Of a stretch of 64,000 bases of DNA, positions 38,225 through 51,569 are shown piece after piece (positions within the stretch are counted from its first letter, which is position 1; each line of letters starts with the position of its first letter). The notes beneath the pieces were generated by a model. That model was not told where the DNA came from. It was given only the letters and a program-made list of their open reading frames with translations, and made no database searches. This DNA comes from Camelus ferus (taxonomy: Eukaryota), in assembly GCF_009834535.1 (NCBI RefSeq), contig NC_045697.1, positions 41,046,001-41,110,000 on the forward strand. The letters are read 5' to 3'. The position numbers and the translations under genes are program-made.

Positions 38225-39149
38225 CTAGCTAGGTAATTTTTAATTTTTTTCCAGTGAGGAAGCTAGTGTGTACTTTCATAGTTTTGAGTGTCAGAGTTCC
38301 TGAGTTTACTGGTTACAAACCAAAACAGTATTTGATAATTTAAACTCCAGTTGCAAAATGGCATACTTATTGATGCTACATTTTACTGTAATGCATATAT
38401 ATGTAATTTCCATGTTTTAAAGGAGGTTCAGGATTTACCTGTTTGTCCAGACTTGCTGAATCTGTCTCATTATTCTCTGTAATAGTTGGGGGTGGGATGT
38501 CATTCTTCTTAGTGCAAGTGGAATCTTGTTATATTGAGGTCAGATTTTGCCAACAGTTTTCCTGCATGTGAGCAGCCGAGAGATCCAGCTAGCCACATCC
38601 TCTGTTTACGCTACATTGGAATTTCATGGCAGTAAAACAAAAGGTGTGACTTTCCAGTGCACGCACACGTTCACTGTGTGCTTTTCCAGCTTTGTTGGTA
38701 TTTATAAAGTTGGCGAAGCACCAGGGTCATCTGTCCCCATCCTTGACTGTTGCTGTGAACATTACAGGCTTGAACAGTTGTATAAAGAATGGAAGTAGTA
38801 ACCTATGTAATCAAAGATAGAGAATCAGTCTGAAATAAACCTCACACTTTGCTTCCTACTGTCATGGATCTTAGCTTTCTGCTGTTTGAGCCAAAGCCAT
38901 ACAGGAGGGAAACGCTGTTCATGAAGTTCAAGGTGAATGTGACGTCATACAAATTCCTTTCAGGATGTGGTGATGCGAGGAGCCAGGAACGTAGCACTGC
39001 CACAGACTAGGGGTTTGGAAAAGCTTCCCAGACACACTCTTCGTGGATACAGAGGTTTGAGAGCTGTGGCGAGCTGCTTTTCTTCCTTTATCTGCTCTCT
39101 AGTTAGGAAGAAAACTTTGCTCAAAGTAAGCATTCTTAATAGGACAAAA

Positions 39150-40330
39150 TAATTTTAAATTTCTATGGAAAAAATCTATACAAGAAGTGCTCAGAATAGT
39201 TTGAAAAGAAAAACTTATGTGGAAGTATCTGCTCTGTCATATACAGAAATACTATGAAAACACTGTAATTAAAATAGTCTGGTATTTGCTTAGGGAAAAA
39301 GAACATTTTGAATACACTTGAACATATATTTAATACATAATGAAGTTGGCACTTCAGTCTAGTGGAAAATTGTTTATTTGGGAAATTTAACACACTTGCC
39401 TCTCTATATAGAAGACAATAGATTAATTTCATACCTTATACAATATAAAATATAAATTTTAGATGAGTTAAAAATATAAATACAGAATATAAACCAGTTA
39501 AAAAGTAAAAAGTGGGGGCAATATTTGAATAACCTCAGGAGAGGGGTAAGTCTTTAATAAGACAAGAAACTCAGAAGCCAGGAAACAAATGGACAGATTC
39601 AACTATCTCAGTGTTAATTATTTATTATGGCAAAAGTCATAAGCATAGTAAAAATATAAAGTAAGCCTGGTAGAAATATTTATGTTATATCTGATGACAT
39701 ATACTTTAAATTTAAAAGAGCTCCTACAAATTGAGAAAAGAAAAATCAGACAAGCAAAGCTGTTTAGAGGGGACACCCATGAAGCTAATAAACATGAGAG
39801 AAAGCACAACCTCGTAGACAGGTGTCTAACCAAAGAGGGAGATGCGTTTTCCAGTGTTCTCATGAGAAGTAAAAGGATTGATCACCTCCAGTGTGAGCAG
39901 GATTGTGAAATGCAATGAGCTTTTTAGAAGTGAATCTGGCAGTCTTTATTAAAATAAAAAACACAGACTTTTGACATAGTGATTCAAATTTGGCATATCT
40001 GCTCTACAGAAAGAAAAGAGTTATTTCAAGTGAAATATGTACAAGAATGTTTATTATAGCAGTGTTGATAATAGAAGAAAAAGCAATTTTTCATCATTAA
40101 TGAAGTGATTGAAGATATTATGGCAAATTTATGTTGTACTTTGCAGTTCTTTAAAAAATGAATTTAAGTTACACGTATTGTCCTGAAAATATGTCTATGA
40201 TATTAAGTGGAGAAAAAAACCAGAAGCATCCAAGCTGCAGAGTAGGTTGTCATGTGTGATTGTTTTAAAAAGAGAAAAAAAAAAAACCCAAAAAATAAAC
40301 CTCTATTCACTGAACAAACAAGTATAAAAC
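39150..40330 (+). mobile_element. Highly diverged L1M(E) remnant
   Basis: A-rich degenerate ORF2-end/3' UTR motifs (AAAGAGCTCCTACAAATTGAG, AAGAATGTTTATTATAGCAGTGTT). Confidence 0.55.
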
Positions 40331-41690
40331 AGGACTACTTAAATGAAAAAAAAAGGGGAGGGATATATACAAATACTTATGAATTACCTAAGTCTGGTTT
40401 TGGGAAAGGGGCACCAATCAGCTAAATATTTGACAGCACATCTTTGGGATAGATTCCCAGATGTGGAATTGCAGGGTCAAAGGGCAAATGCATGTTTAAT
40501 TTTGCAGATATTGCCAAACTCCCTCCAGGGGGTGTGCTGTTTTGCATTTTCACCAGCAGTGACTGAGAGTGCAGGAGTGTTTTTAATATTGGAGTATAAT
40601 GTTTGCTGCCTTGCCGAGAGTATAAACATTCTTCTGAGAGAAAATGTCACAGCAATCGCAGATAGATTATTTTATAGGCAGGGTAAGTAGATGGAACATT
40701 GGTGATTCATATCATGAGGGGATGATGGGTGACTTGCAAGCCTGATAAAGTACTGGAGGACGCTTGCTGTCTCAGGTCTCAGCCCTGCGAGGGGTCTCCT
40801 TCCTGTCCTCCGTGGGCTGGGAGGTTGCGAGCCTCTCAGTCTCTCGGCCATTTGTGCCGTGGTCACAGAGTGGGCATATCCTGTGTGCAAGGCAGTCTGG
40901 TGTGAGAACTTAAAGAATGAATATTAAACAGTTCCCAGACTCTCGGGGCCTAGTGCTGCAGTGAGTAAACTCTTGCTTCATCCCGGGTTGTGCTGTATGA
41001 TGGCCCCTTCGCCTCACCTCATCAGTAGAGCAGCATTAACCATGTCAATAAGCAGCCTGTACGCACTTAAACAGATTGTGTACCTTCCCCAGCAAGTTAA
41101 ATTATTTTGTTGACCTGAAGGATATCTCATTTCCATTTACCTTATTTCCCCTAATTTTAATGATTCATTCTGTCGCTGGTTTTATTGCCCAGATGGGGAC
41201 AAAATTCTTTAAAGACAGAGTAGATTACTGGTTGTCAGGGCTGAAGAAGGGAATGGGGAGGGGCTGCCAATGGGGTGGAGCTTCATTTTTCAGGGGATGA
41301 AAATATTCTGGAAACAGAATAGGATGGTATATTCACATATACTAAAGGCACTTTAAAATGGTGAATTTTATGGTCTATGAATTTTATCTCAATAAAGAAG
41401 AACTGTATAAGGAAAGAAAATGAATCCTTATAGTGACTAGCAGAACGTTTAGGACAAGTAAATGCTCATCAAATATGATTTAATTGATGGATGGCAAGAA
41501 CTGCTGGAAATCTTTTTCTAGACCACGGATACAGCCATCATGTGTTGAATAATAAGACAGGAGGGAGTTTCAGGTAACTTAACTCTGCGTAATCTCTAGG
41601 ATCTTGTGCCCAGGAATTGTTTTCAATAAGGACTAAATTCTTCATTTCAAATTCTCCCTCTTAAGTGTATCACTTTAATTCTACTTTCAG

Positions 41691-41809
41691 CATCAGTATG
41701 ACAACCTGTTCCACAGTGGCTGCCCTGGGAATGATGCCACTCTGCCTTTATCTCTACACCTTGTCCTGGAATCTTGAGGAGAATCTCACCATTCCATATC
41801 AGAACATAG
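41691..41809 (+). CDS. SLC10A6: SLC10A6 coding exon 2 of 6 (ISMTTCSTVAALGMMPLCLYLYTLSWNLEENLTIPYQNI)
   Basis: TTTCAG| ... |GTCTGT; 119 nt; SLC10 motif. Confidence 0.96.
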
Positions 41810-43359
41810 GTCTGTATTGGGCTTGTGAAATGAAATAGTAGCAGTAATGTGATAGTAATAATAATAGCTATTGTTTTTTATGTCTCCTACTTTATATAGG
41901 GTTTTTAAAATTATTATCTAATTTAATTTTCCAAATAACCCTAGGGTAGAGATTCTGTTACCAGTTCCATTTCCTATAGTTTCAGGATTAGGGAGGTTAA
42001 ATAACTCGACCAAGGTCGTGCAGCTGGTAAGTGCAGAACTGAAATTCTGACTCAGCAATCTGACTGATTCAAAAAGAGTCCAAGCTTTTTTTGAAAATAA
42101 AGCCAGAAAACTTACTTATTAAGAAGAAAAAAAGAAAAAGACAAACCAACCCTTACATAATTCACTAGAAAGCGATTATACTCGACTCACAGGTTACCTG
42201 GGTCACGGTGGCTCTATTGAGACCTTAGTTCCCCCGACTCCACCTTTAAATTGCTTGTGAGCCTTGACTTCTTTACTAATCAACATAAATGATTCCTGTT
42301 GACTGTGGAAGAGTACGCACACGTCACAGTTGCACCCACGTAAACTCTGCCCTTTTTCTAGAGATCTCTGTGGACTTACTAGGCTTGGAAGAAAGACTCG
42401 GTGAGATGATACACCCATGCTCGTTTGATCAGAGCCTGTGGAGAGGTGGTAGGCACTGTTACTCCTCAAACTCTACTGTGCCAATCTGGAGTCTTAAGTT
42501 ATCACTTGGGGGGCTTACAACCCATGGCCCGTAGTTCAAAACCATGAGCCATGTCCTGAAGCTCATTATATCTGTAAAAAATTTGAGTGAAGTCTTAATT
42601 TAGAAATTGTGATTTTACGTGCAGTTTTTTTCTGATCACTAAATTATTTAATATACTGTTTTGATGATATATTCTAAAGGGCACTTGTAAACAGTTAAAG
42701 CTCAAAATGTTACGGGCAACTCATATAACTTTGGAGCCAGTATTGCAAGTGGCCAGATTTGGAAAGTGGCCCTGGAAATTGTCAGTGTGTGAATCTGATT
42801 GGCAAGTAGACCTCTGCTCTGTTGAGCCTGCCTTCAGTGTCTTTACTGTGTTAGTTAAAAGGCATATTTCCCCACCTGCCTTTGGGTTACCTGGCTACAC
42901 TTGGAAATATGAGAACTTGCTCTGGTTTCTGTAACAAGTGCTACTTTTGTCCCGTAATAGACATTCTTTCCTTTGTGAAGCAAATCACCCACTGGCTTCC
43001 AATAGAGAAATAATAGCTGTAGCTGTAGAGGGGTGACCCAATACATAGCAACCAAAGAATTTCATAGACATAAAGGGGTCTCCTGTTTTCTAATGTTCTT
43101 GGTTGTCTCTGAAATTCCATGTGATTGTCAGAGGGATCTTAGAGAAATGGTAGACCATGTATGGTGACATTCAGTGGTATCGTAGACCCTTCAACGACTG
43201 TCTTCCAAAGATTAAGAATAATTTTCTTTTGGAGGAAGATGCAGAAATAAAATGCAGCTTTAATTAAAACTTTTATCTAGTTGAAATAGACATAAATTGT
43301 TGGGGACTGGGCAGTTAGGGTGAGAGGGGTCCTGTCTGACAGATTTTTCTTCTCTGCAG

Positions 43360-43448
43360 GAATTACCCTTGTGTGCCTGACCATTCCTGTGGCCTTCGGT
43401 GCCTATGTGAATTACAGGTGGCCAGAACAATCCAGACTTATTCTTAAG
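43360..43448 (+). CDS. SLC10A6: SLC10A6 coding exon 3 of 6 (GITLVCLTIPVAFGAYVNYRWPEQSRLILK)
   Basis: CTGCAG| ... AAG|GTAAGC; 89 nt. Confidence 0.96.
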
Positions 43449-45932
43449 GTAAGCAAGATGGAACTTAAGGTAACTCCACAGGCCAGTTAGCACATTTCAG
43501 ACTCAGAAACTTGACAAATAGATGCAGGCAATGACTAGAACAAAGGGGCCAGTCAAATACAGCCCCACACCCAGCAATTTTCCTTACATGTCCTGCATTT
43601 TTGGATCCAACCGCAATATATCCTCCACTTCTAAGCCTTGCTTTGTCACCCCTGTGGGCCCATACACTGAGGCTTATGACACCCTGCAAAGTGTGGAACT
43701 CCTGCTTGAGTAACAGAAAAGCTGAGGCCTACATGTGGCCAGTGAGAGCCCATTCATTCACCAGGCCCCACACAGGCGCTCTCAAGGGAAGGCTGTTCAA
43801 GTGTGCCGGAAACGGAGCCCAGTGGATGGAAGTACAGCTGGCTTCACAGAGCAGCAGGAGGAGAGGCAATCTTTTGGAAGCATTCCTAGGAGAGTTGTAC
43901 ACATGAGCAAGGGCTGCTGACACATGAGTAACTGTCAAAATGAAATCATCCAGAACGCATTGACCCTAAAAGAAGGGAACTGGAACCTTCCACCTCCTCT
44001 TAACTTTCCGGGGTTGTCCCTTGTCTGCTGGAGAAACAAGCAAATGTCCTCGTTCAATGGCTTTTAAAATTAATCTAGCTAGAGAGGAGGCCTTCTCAAC
44101 AGTGGTATCAATCTCTTGGAGTGTCTTCCATTTTTCCAATTATGCATTGCTTTAGAAGATACACGTGTTTATTCTGTGCCGCTTTCATGAAGATTTAAAA
44201 AATGTTTCAGTTATTTTTTTACATTTATAAAGTGGGAAACATTTGGAGCTAATTGGAGGTTCAGCTAAGAAACTTCAGTTCACTTTAGTCTGGGGTTTAT
44301 GGTTTGGTTGAGTTTAAGCTCTTGACGTTTGGCTCTACCTGACGGAACACTCATTCCATTTGCTGCACGAATGGATGTTGCTTCCCCAGTTTGGCACCAG
44401 ACTGAACAACTCTCGCTATTCCTCCAATGAGATGAAGAACAAGAGAAGAGGGGTTGACAAGTAGACAGATGAGCTGGGCACAGAGAGCTGGAGTAAGGAC
44501 TAAACGCTGTACATTTGGATTGCACGTAGTGACTTTACTGTCATTTCAGTAGGAGGAAATTTCAACGTGTGGTTATAATTTTGTCTATAAAACAAGAGGA
44601 GAGAGCTTCATCACGGGAACCTCTTACTTTTCAAGTACTCTATCTTGGATTTCTTAAAAGGGCATCAACAAAAAAATGATTATTTTGGTATTTCTAGATC
44701 CTCTATTTGTCTTTCAGTGTCAATGGAGAAACCAGATAAATTTTCTATATGTCTGTAAAGAGCAAATTAAAAACCCTTTGGCAATTCCATAGGAGTTGTG
44801 GGAGAAAATATTTAATAATACAGATAAATATTCTAGAGCACCTTAGTTAAAACTAGGATAATTTAATCATTATTTTGGGATGTCTTCATTCTCTATTCCT
44901 AGTCCTCTTTTGGTTTTAGATCTGATTCATTTTCTGAACAAGTTGCTGTTGGTAAATTTTAAACTTTTAAATCCTTTTCTTGGTAGAAAGTTGGAGTAGG
45001 ATTTTTACAATCGGAGGCCTTTGTGTGTTCCAGCATCTTCCCGTTAGGCAGAGGCCCAGTCTGTCCTCAGATTGAGCAATAAAAACAACCGCCAGAACAC
45101 ATCTGTGGTCCATTGAGTTGTTTTTATTTTGTTTTGGTTGCCCATGACCATCTTCCTCCATGCCCTGAATCATTTCAAATCAAGGGTGATGCTGTAACTG
45201 GGTGCATAGTTTGCTGCCGCATGGTGTGAATGGGAGCTTGCCAAGATCCTGATTTTCCCCAATATTCTGTATTTTGCTTCCTTGCTATTTGGTTTAAGAC
45301 CCAGACCTTTGAGGGGAAAAATCATTGATTTTGTTTGTTTGTTTCTTGTTGTTTCTGTTTGTTCTGTTAAAAGTAAGGTACCTGTCTGTACTCCTCACAT
45401 TACACTACATCTGTCTAATGAAGAATGGGCACATTTCATTTGGAGGAGACAAGGGCAAGGATCAAAGCGGTTAGAAGTCGTCGGTGGTTGAAGGGGTGGT
45501 GGGAAGAGAGTGGTGGATGGTCAGGCAGGGGAGATCTCAGACAAGAGGCTACCAGGGCACGGTCTGAGAGGCTGTGTGTAGAAGTGTTGGATGCTTATTA
45601 TCAGATTTCAGTTATTTCACAAATTTGTCCTGTCTGTGAAAAACTCTACTGCCCAGTCCTTCTGGCACAATCCTCCACTTGAAAGGGAACCATACTGATC
45701 ATAAAATAAGAAGGCTTAGATTTGTGTTGAGCTTCATCAGATTCTAGCTCAGCCACGTCACTTGACCGCTTTGGACCTGAGGATTTTTCTGTGTAAAATG
45801 AGATTGGGTCCGTTGGTCTCTAAGTCCTCTCTTTGTTCTAAAACTTCTAGGTTCCAAGCCTTTTCGAGCAGTGATGGACTTTGCAAAAAGACGATGATGT
45901 TTACATGAACCTATTTTATTAATTCGCCTTAG

Positions 45933-46108
45933 GTTGGGGCCATTGTTGGCGGAGTCCTCCTCTTGGTGGTCGCGGTTGCTGGTGTGGTGCTGGCGAAAGG
46001 ATCATGGAATTCAGATACCATGCTTCTGACCATCAGTTTCATCTTTCCTTTGATTGGCCATATCATGGGCTTTTTGCTGGCACTTCTTACCCACCAATCT
46101 TGGCAGAG
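45933..46108 (+). CDS. SLC10A6: SLC10A6 coding exon 4 of 6 (VGAIVGGVLLLVVAVAG...LLTHQSWQR)
   Basis: CCTTAG| ... AG|GTACAG; 176 nt. Confidence 0.96.
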
Positions 46109-47422
46109 GTACAGTTAAATTATCTATCAGCTTTTACAAGGAGGACAAGTTAAACACACTGCCATTGGCAGGCTTTGCTGCCTGGCTGTGTCTGGAAGCA
46201 TGAAGAGTTTTGGCTTACAAGGTGGATGGAACAGGAAAACTCATCATAAAGGGAGTGGAAAGAGCACAGTAATTCTTTATGTAAAGGAAAACCAAGGCCA
46301 AACTGATGGGAAACTGTAATTTGTGAAACTGGAATATTAACACCACTTGTAATCTGGACATGCTTCTCTTATTCTAATAGTTAAATAGGAGGGCGAGGTG
46401 GTTTCACTAAGTAGAGATCACTATAGGGCATAAGCACGGTGCAAGAGATGAAGCAGGAATTTATCTTAAATATTATCATGACGAGTTGGGGCGTATGTTA
46501 TATAAATACCGTGAAATGTTAAAAATGATGACACTCCGTGTTGCTGTGCCTGTAGATGCGGTGAGCATTACCATACAGGGTTGGAGGGAACATAGACTGG
46601 CACAGACCTCTGGAAGGCAATTTAGTCCTATCAGTCGCCTTATATTACTCCCTCCCGCATTTTCTTCAAGTGAGGTTTTTCCCCCCCTTCCTCTCCCTCT
46701 TCCTGTCTTTCTCTGTACCTTTCCCTTCCTTCTTTTTTCTTTCTTTTTTGCAAAGAAATGAATAAAATGTAGAAAAACAGTAGAAAAAATTGATTACTAA
46801 AACCTTCATTGATTGATGATTACTAAATCATTTTAGACATTTGGTTTTTACTTGGGTTTTTTATGTTTCTTTTCAAGCATTGTTTAGTTTATACTGTTTC
46901 ACATCTCTGATTCAACTGTCCATTCTCATCTCCTCCAGTCCTCCACTCCGCGTGGGCAGGCTGGCCTACAGCATTTCCAGTGCTTACTGAACAGGCCAAG
47001 CTCATACCTGTCCCTGGAACTTTAATTTCAGTAATTCTCCCACATTCAATGCCTCTTCCCTTCTTCCATCCTCTAATGCCACTCTTCCTCTGAAGCCTTC
47101 TGTAACCATCTGCGCCACTTTTCTGAATTTCTACGGTCTCCCTGACTCTCGATCATACTTTGTCTTGTGTTGTTACTGAGCCTTTCCTACGTGTGTATCT
47201 TGTCTTTTCACCCAGATTCCCAGGGCATGGTTTGTAGGCCCCTATTTGGAGGTGCCTCTCCAGAGACTATGCACAGAGTAGGCATTCAGCAAATAATTAC
47301 TGAATGAGTAAACACTGTTAGTGGCCTAAGCTCATAGCTTACATTTATCACTATACATAAGAGAAAACTTAAGAGTAGTCCTTATTGCTAGTATGTTACT
47401 TGAACATTTTTTCCATTGCTAG

Positions 47423-47580
47423 GTGCTGGACCATTTCCTTGGAAACCGGAGCTCAGAACATTCAGATGTGCATCACCATGCTCCAGTTATCTTTCACTGC
47501 CGAGCAGTTGGTCCAGATGCTTAACTTCCCATTGGCCTATGGGCTCTTCCAGCTGTTGGATGGATTTCTCATTGTTGCAG
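47423..47580 (+). CDS. SLC10A6: SLC10A6 coding exon 5 of 6 (CWTISLETGAQNIQMC...GFLIVA)
   Basis: TGCTAG| ... CAG|GTGGGT; 158 nt; ETGxQN sodium-site motif. Confidence 0.96.
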
Positions 47581-48689
47581 GTGGGTAGAGCCCCCATTGG
47601 GTAGATTTGACTAAAAATTATTGACCCAACTTACCAGCTCTTTTTTCAGCCTGAATATGCATGTGCTGCCCTTGTGATACATTTTCAGTCTGACATTTCT
47701 GGGGAAAATAAAGGGCATAAACAAGATCCTTTGTCACAAGTGAAGTTTCACAGAAAAATATAAAAAAAGTAAAAATGAGCTTATAATTAATTATAAACAA
47801 ATATGCTTTACAAAAAATGCTATCAGAATTCTCCATGAACACTTATCTCAAAAATGACATTTTTTATGTTTTATTAAGAGCTTTGAAGTCTTCCAAATGT
47901 TATTTCACAGTACTGTGACTAAAAATTGTGCTGAGTGGCTATGAAATACTTTTCAACTATGAAATATAATATATACACAGAAATTAAAAGTGTATACGTT
48001 TATATGCTTACCTATCTCTACAGCCAAAAATACATCATTTTGGAGTAATTCATTATGTAAGTTCATAGAAGGTAAATTTAAAAAATACAGACTGATAGGT
48101 ATGTACACACACATGTATCTATTTTAATCTCAGCTGTTGTAAATTCTTACTGTTGTCGTAGAACAGGTTCTGAGTCAGGCTCAAGGATTACTGATGTACG
48201 ATTATATACTGATTACTGATAGAACAGTCGTCAGTATAAGGGACACTTGGGGTTTAATGCTCCCATGGGATAAATCCCAGCAGAATAAAACTCCTGGTCT
48301 TGGATCCAAGCTTTACTTCCTTCTCATGGTGAGACTGATGGAAAGAACATGCTGGGCTTGTTCCCAGCTGTCCCCCAGCACCAGGAGAGCACTGCCCACA
48401 GAGTGCTGACTGCCTGACCTCATGACTGGATGGGTGAGCCATCAGCGACCTGATCCACGGCTCAGTCCCGAAAGGTCTGTTCCAGACAGAAATAGCCCTC
48501 CTGATACACTGAATTATTTGGCTCTGGAGTTTTGTCTTTACCTTTTACTTTTACCCTTCTTTTTCTTATGTGTTTATACACACATGATCCAAAGCAAACA
48601 AACCCCCAAAGTATTGACAAGTACACAATGTCACCAAATTATAATCTTCACTAAAGTGGTTTTTAATACTGCTGTGTTTTAACACCTAG

Positions 48690-48910
48690 TGTATAAGATG
48701 TACAAGAGGAGACTGAAGAACAAACACAGGAAAAAGCACCCGCATTGTGCAGAAGCCTGCTGTAAGAAGAAACCCAAAGAGACCAGTGCTTTCTTGGAGG
48801 TGATTGAAGAAGCTGCTCTCACTCCTGGGCCGTCAGGGCCCGTGGATCTCACGGTGCTCTCGAGCCAACTGGCCGCATCTCACGTGCCAAGTAGGGGCTT
48901 GCTGGCTTGA
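48690..48910 (+). CDS. SLC10A6: SLC10A6 coding exon 6 of 6; total 1140 nt = 379 aa as sequenced, with an apparently frameshifted tail
   Basis: ACCTAG|; YKMYKRRLKNKH...ETSAFLEV; TGA at 48908-48910. Confidence 0.9.
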
Positions 48911-49003
48911 CGGGTCCCTGTCCTCCTCAGCGGGCAGCAAAGACAGTGAAGAGCTGATGAGTGAATCTCGTTGTCAGGGCTGATGGGAATGTTTGAGTGT
49001 CAG

Positions 49004-50340
49004 ATGTTAACGTATTTATATTTTTGTGTGCATTGTGAATTGTCATAGGATCCCTTTTTGAAAGTCTGTTCTGCCTATTTCAGGTTGTTCCTTTGTGGGT
49101 TTACACAACATAGCTACCAGCTGCTGTGTGTGTTCTATCTTCCCATACAGTGAAGAGTGACCCCCACTGTTACGTGAAGTCATCCTCAAGTTGAGAATTT
49201 TAATGTCACAAGAGTTAGGACTGTATAGAGGGGATGTCACCTCATACCGCAGGGCAAGGACAGAGTCTGGACCCACCTGACTTCTTGACTTTGGGCAAGT
49301 CCTTTGTGGCATTGGGGAGGAAGCATACAGCTCTTATTAAAAATGGGGTCTTTTTGCAAATGATTGTTATTTTTTAGAGCTTGAAAATCTTTTTGGATTA
49401 TAGATGTAATACATGCCTAGAGGGAATTTAATGGACATTTAAGGTTAATATTTTTACTCCGTAGAGAGAGGCACACATATATTCTTTTAACATATATTTA
49501 TATGTTGTGGCATTTTAAAAACATGGAGATCACTCCATATAAACTTATGTAAGTCACTTAATGACATATTACGGAGCATCTTTATGTGTCAGTCTTTGTT
49601 GAACTACCTCATTCTTTAGAACAGTGGTTCCATAGAAATATTCCAGTGCATGGAAGGACTGTAATTTATTTAACTGTTCCTTATTCACAGACATTTAAAT
49701 AGCTTTCAACTTACTGGTATCACAAGTCCTACAAACACTTGTGCCTTCATGGAGGTATTTCTGTGGGATCACTTCCTAGGCTTGAATTGCCGGGTTGACT
49801 GCACATCGCAATGCTGGGCAGAGAGCTCTCTGGCACCGTTGTATAAAGTGCCTGGGAGCACCTGGTTTCCCATAGTCGCACCAGTCTTAAGAATGATCAT
49901 TCTACTTTAGGAAAATATCTCGTCTAAAGTTGCATTGTTAAAATTGTGAGTGAAGTAGAGTATTTTTCATGATCACTTACCTGTTTGTGTTCTTTGCCTG
50001 CTTTTCTATTTTTTTATTTTCTTTTTGATGGATAAATTTTAACATATTAACATATTATATAGATCATGACCCTTTATCCTGTTTTGTCAGTATTTTACCT
50101 AGTGTTTTGTCTTTTGTTTTTGTGTGTCTTTTGCTGTATAGAAGTTTTATATTTTTTACATATTCAGCTTTATTAGTCTTTTAAAAAATGTTTTTTGCCC
50201 TCAGTGTTGGTCAAATGTTAGACTATTTATATTTTTGTATGGATTGTGAATTGTAAAAGGATCCCTTTTTGAGAATGCATTTGGCCCCTTTTCAGGGAGT
50301 TCTTTTTGGAGCTCTGCACACATGCTTATTAGCTGCTGTG
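49004..50340 (+). repeat. Diverged ~130-bp direct repeat pair (49004-49130 and 50215-50340)
   Basis: Colinear shared blocks TATTTATATTTTTGT, ATTGTGAATTGT, AGGATCCCTTTTTGA, TTTCAGG, AGCTGCTGTG. Confidence 0.8.
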
Positions 50341-51569
50341 TATACTGTCTGGCAGTAGGTAAGACCCATCCTCTTTCTCTATTCTTACAGTATTAAAATC
50401 CCATATATTTTTGTTACTTTTATGTATTAAATATGTACATGTTTATTCCATTTTGAATTTTTTTCCCTGTGTTAAGAATCTAATTAATTGTCCTAAGATC
50501 GTATATTGAATCATTCATCTTTACTGACATGAAGTGCCACTTTTATCACATAACTTCCTATATAGTGTGTTTTTGTTGGACTCTGGTTCTGTTTTTTTTT
50601 CTTATTTGTAAATTTTGAAATCTGTGAGAAACTGTATTGTCTGAGATTTAGTGCTTTACAATTTTATTTTGTAAGTATACTTAAGAACTTGCAGGTTTTA
50701 TATATATAATGACAGTGATTACTATGGAAAGAGGTATGGTAGGACAGAAAGAGCCCCCTTAGGTGTCACAAGTATATTTATGTGGAGAAGAAGTAAACAC
50801 ATGTGTGCCATGATTGTTAATTCTCAGCTGCTGCAATGAACAGAGTCAGGAGAGTTGTATGTTTAGAGATCCTCAGTTCTAAAATGAGCTTTTAAAGAAT
50901 CCTCAAAATAGGGATTTCTAAATTATTTCTCTATATAGGCACCTAACACGAAATGGTAAATTCCAGTGCACCATTCTGAAAGCATTAGCTGCATGGTCAG
51001 TATTTGCCAGTCAGGACAGGTCTGGAGACAGGTCTACCAAAAGCTATCCTTTAAGACAGAAACAATCACAAATCAATGTAAGGGTTTCAAAGTAGTCACA
51101 TCAGAAGACTGCCATCTCCAGAGATGGTTTGTTAACATGTTACTAGAACAAGAAATGGTCAAGTTGTCCAGGAGGTCATCCATTATCTTTAAAAAGAATA
51201 ATGTAATTTAAAAAAAGCTCTAATGGAATAAATTATAGTCTAGCTGATCTAAATAATCATACATTCATAGTAGCTGGGGCCTACATGCAGCTCAGAAGTG
51301 GGGCCAGAGAAATAATGTGAAGCAGAATGAGTCCAGTTCTGTGTCTGGAAAAGAGCCAGCTGGAGAGCCGAGGCAGCACAGCACAGTGGAAAGAACACGG
51401 GCACTGGCAGGGCTCCGTGTCGTCGTCCACTTAAAGAGCTAGAATGACTCAGGAGTTGTGGGTTGAAGTCAAGCAGTCCTAGAATTGAAACTCAGCTTTG
51501 TTATTTGGACAACCTTGAGCAAGTGACAGTCCTTCTGCACTTGTTTCCTTCCTTATAAAGGATGATACC

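Noticed and set aside
38940..38947. Full CRE palindrome TGACGTCA in SLC10A6 intron 1
   Set aside because: A single 8-mer with no supporting context.
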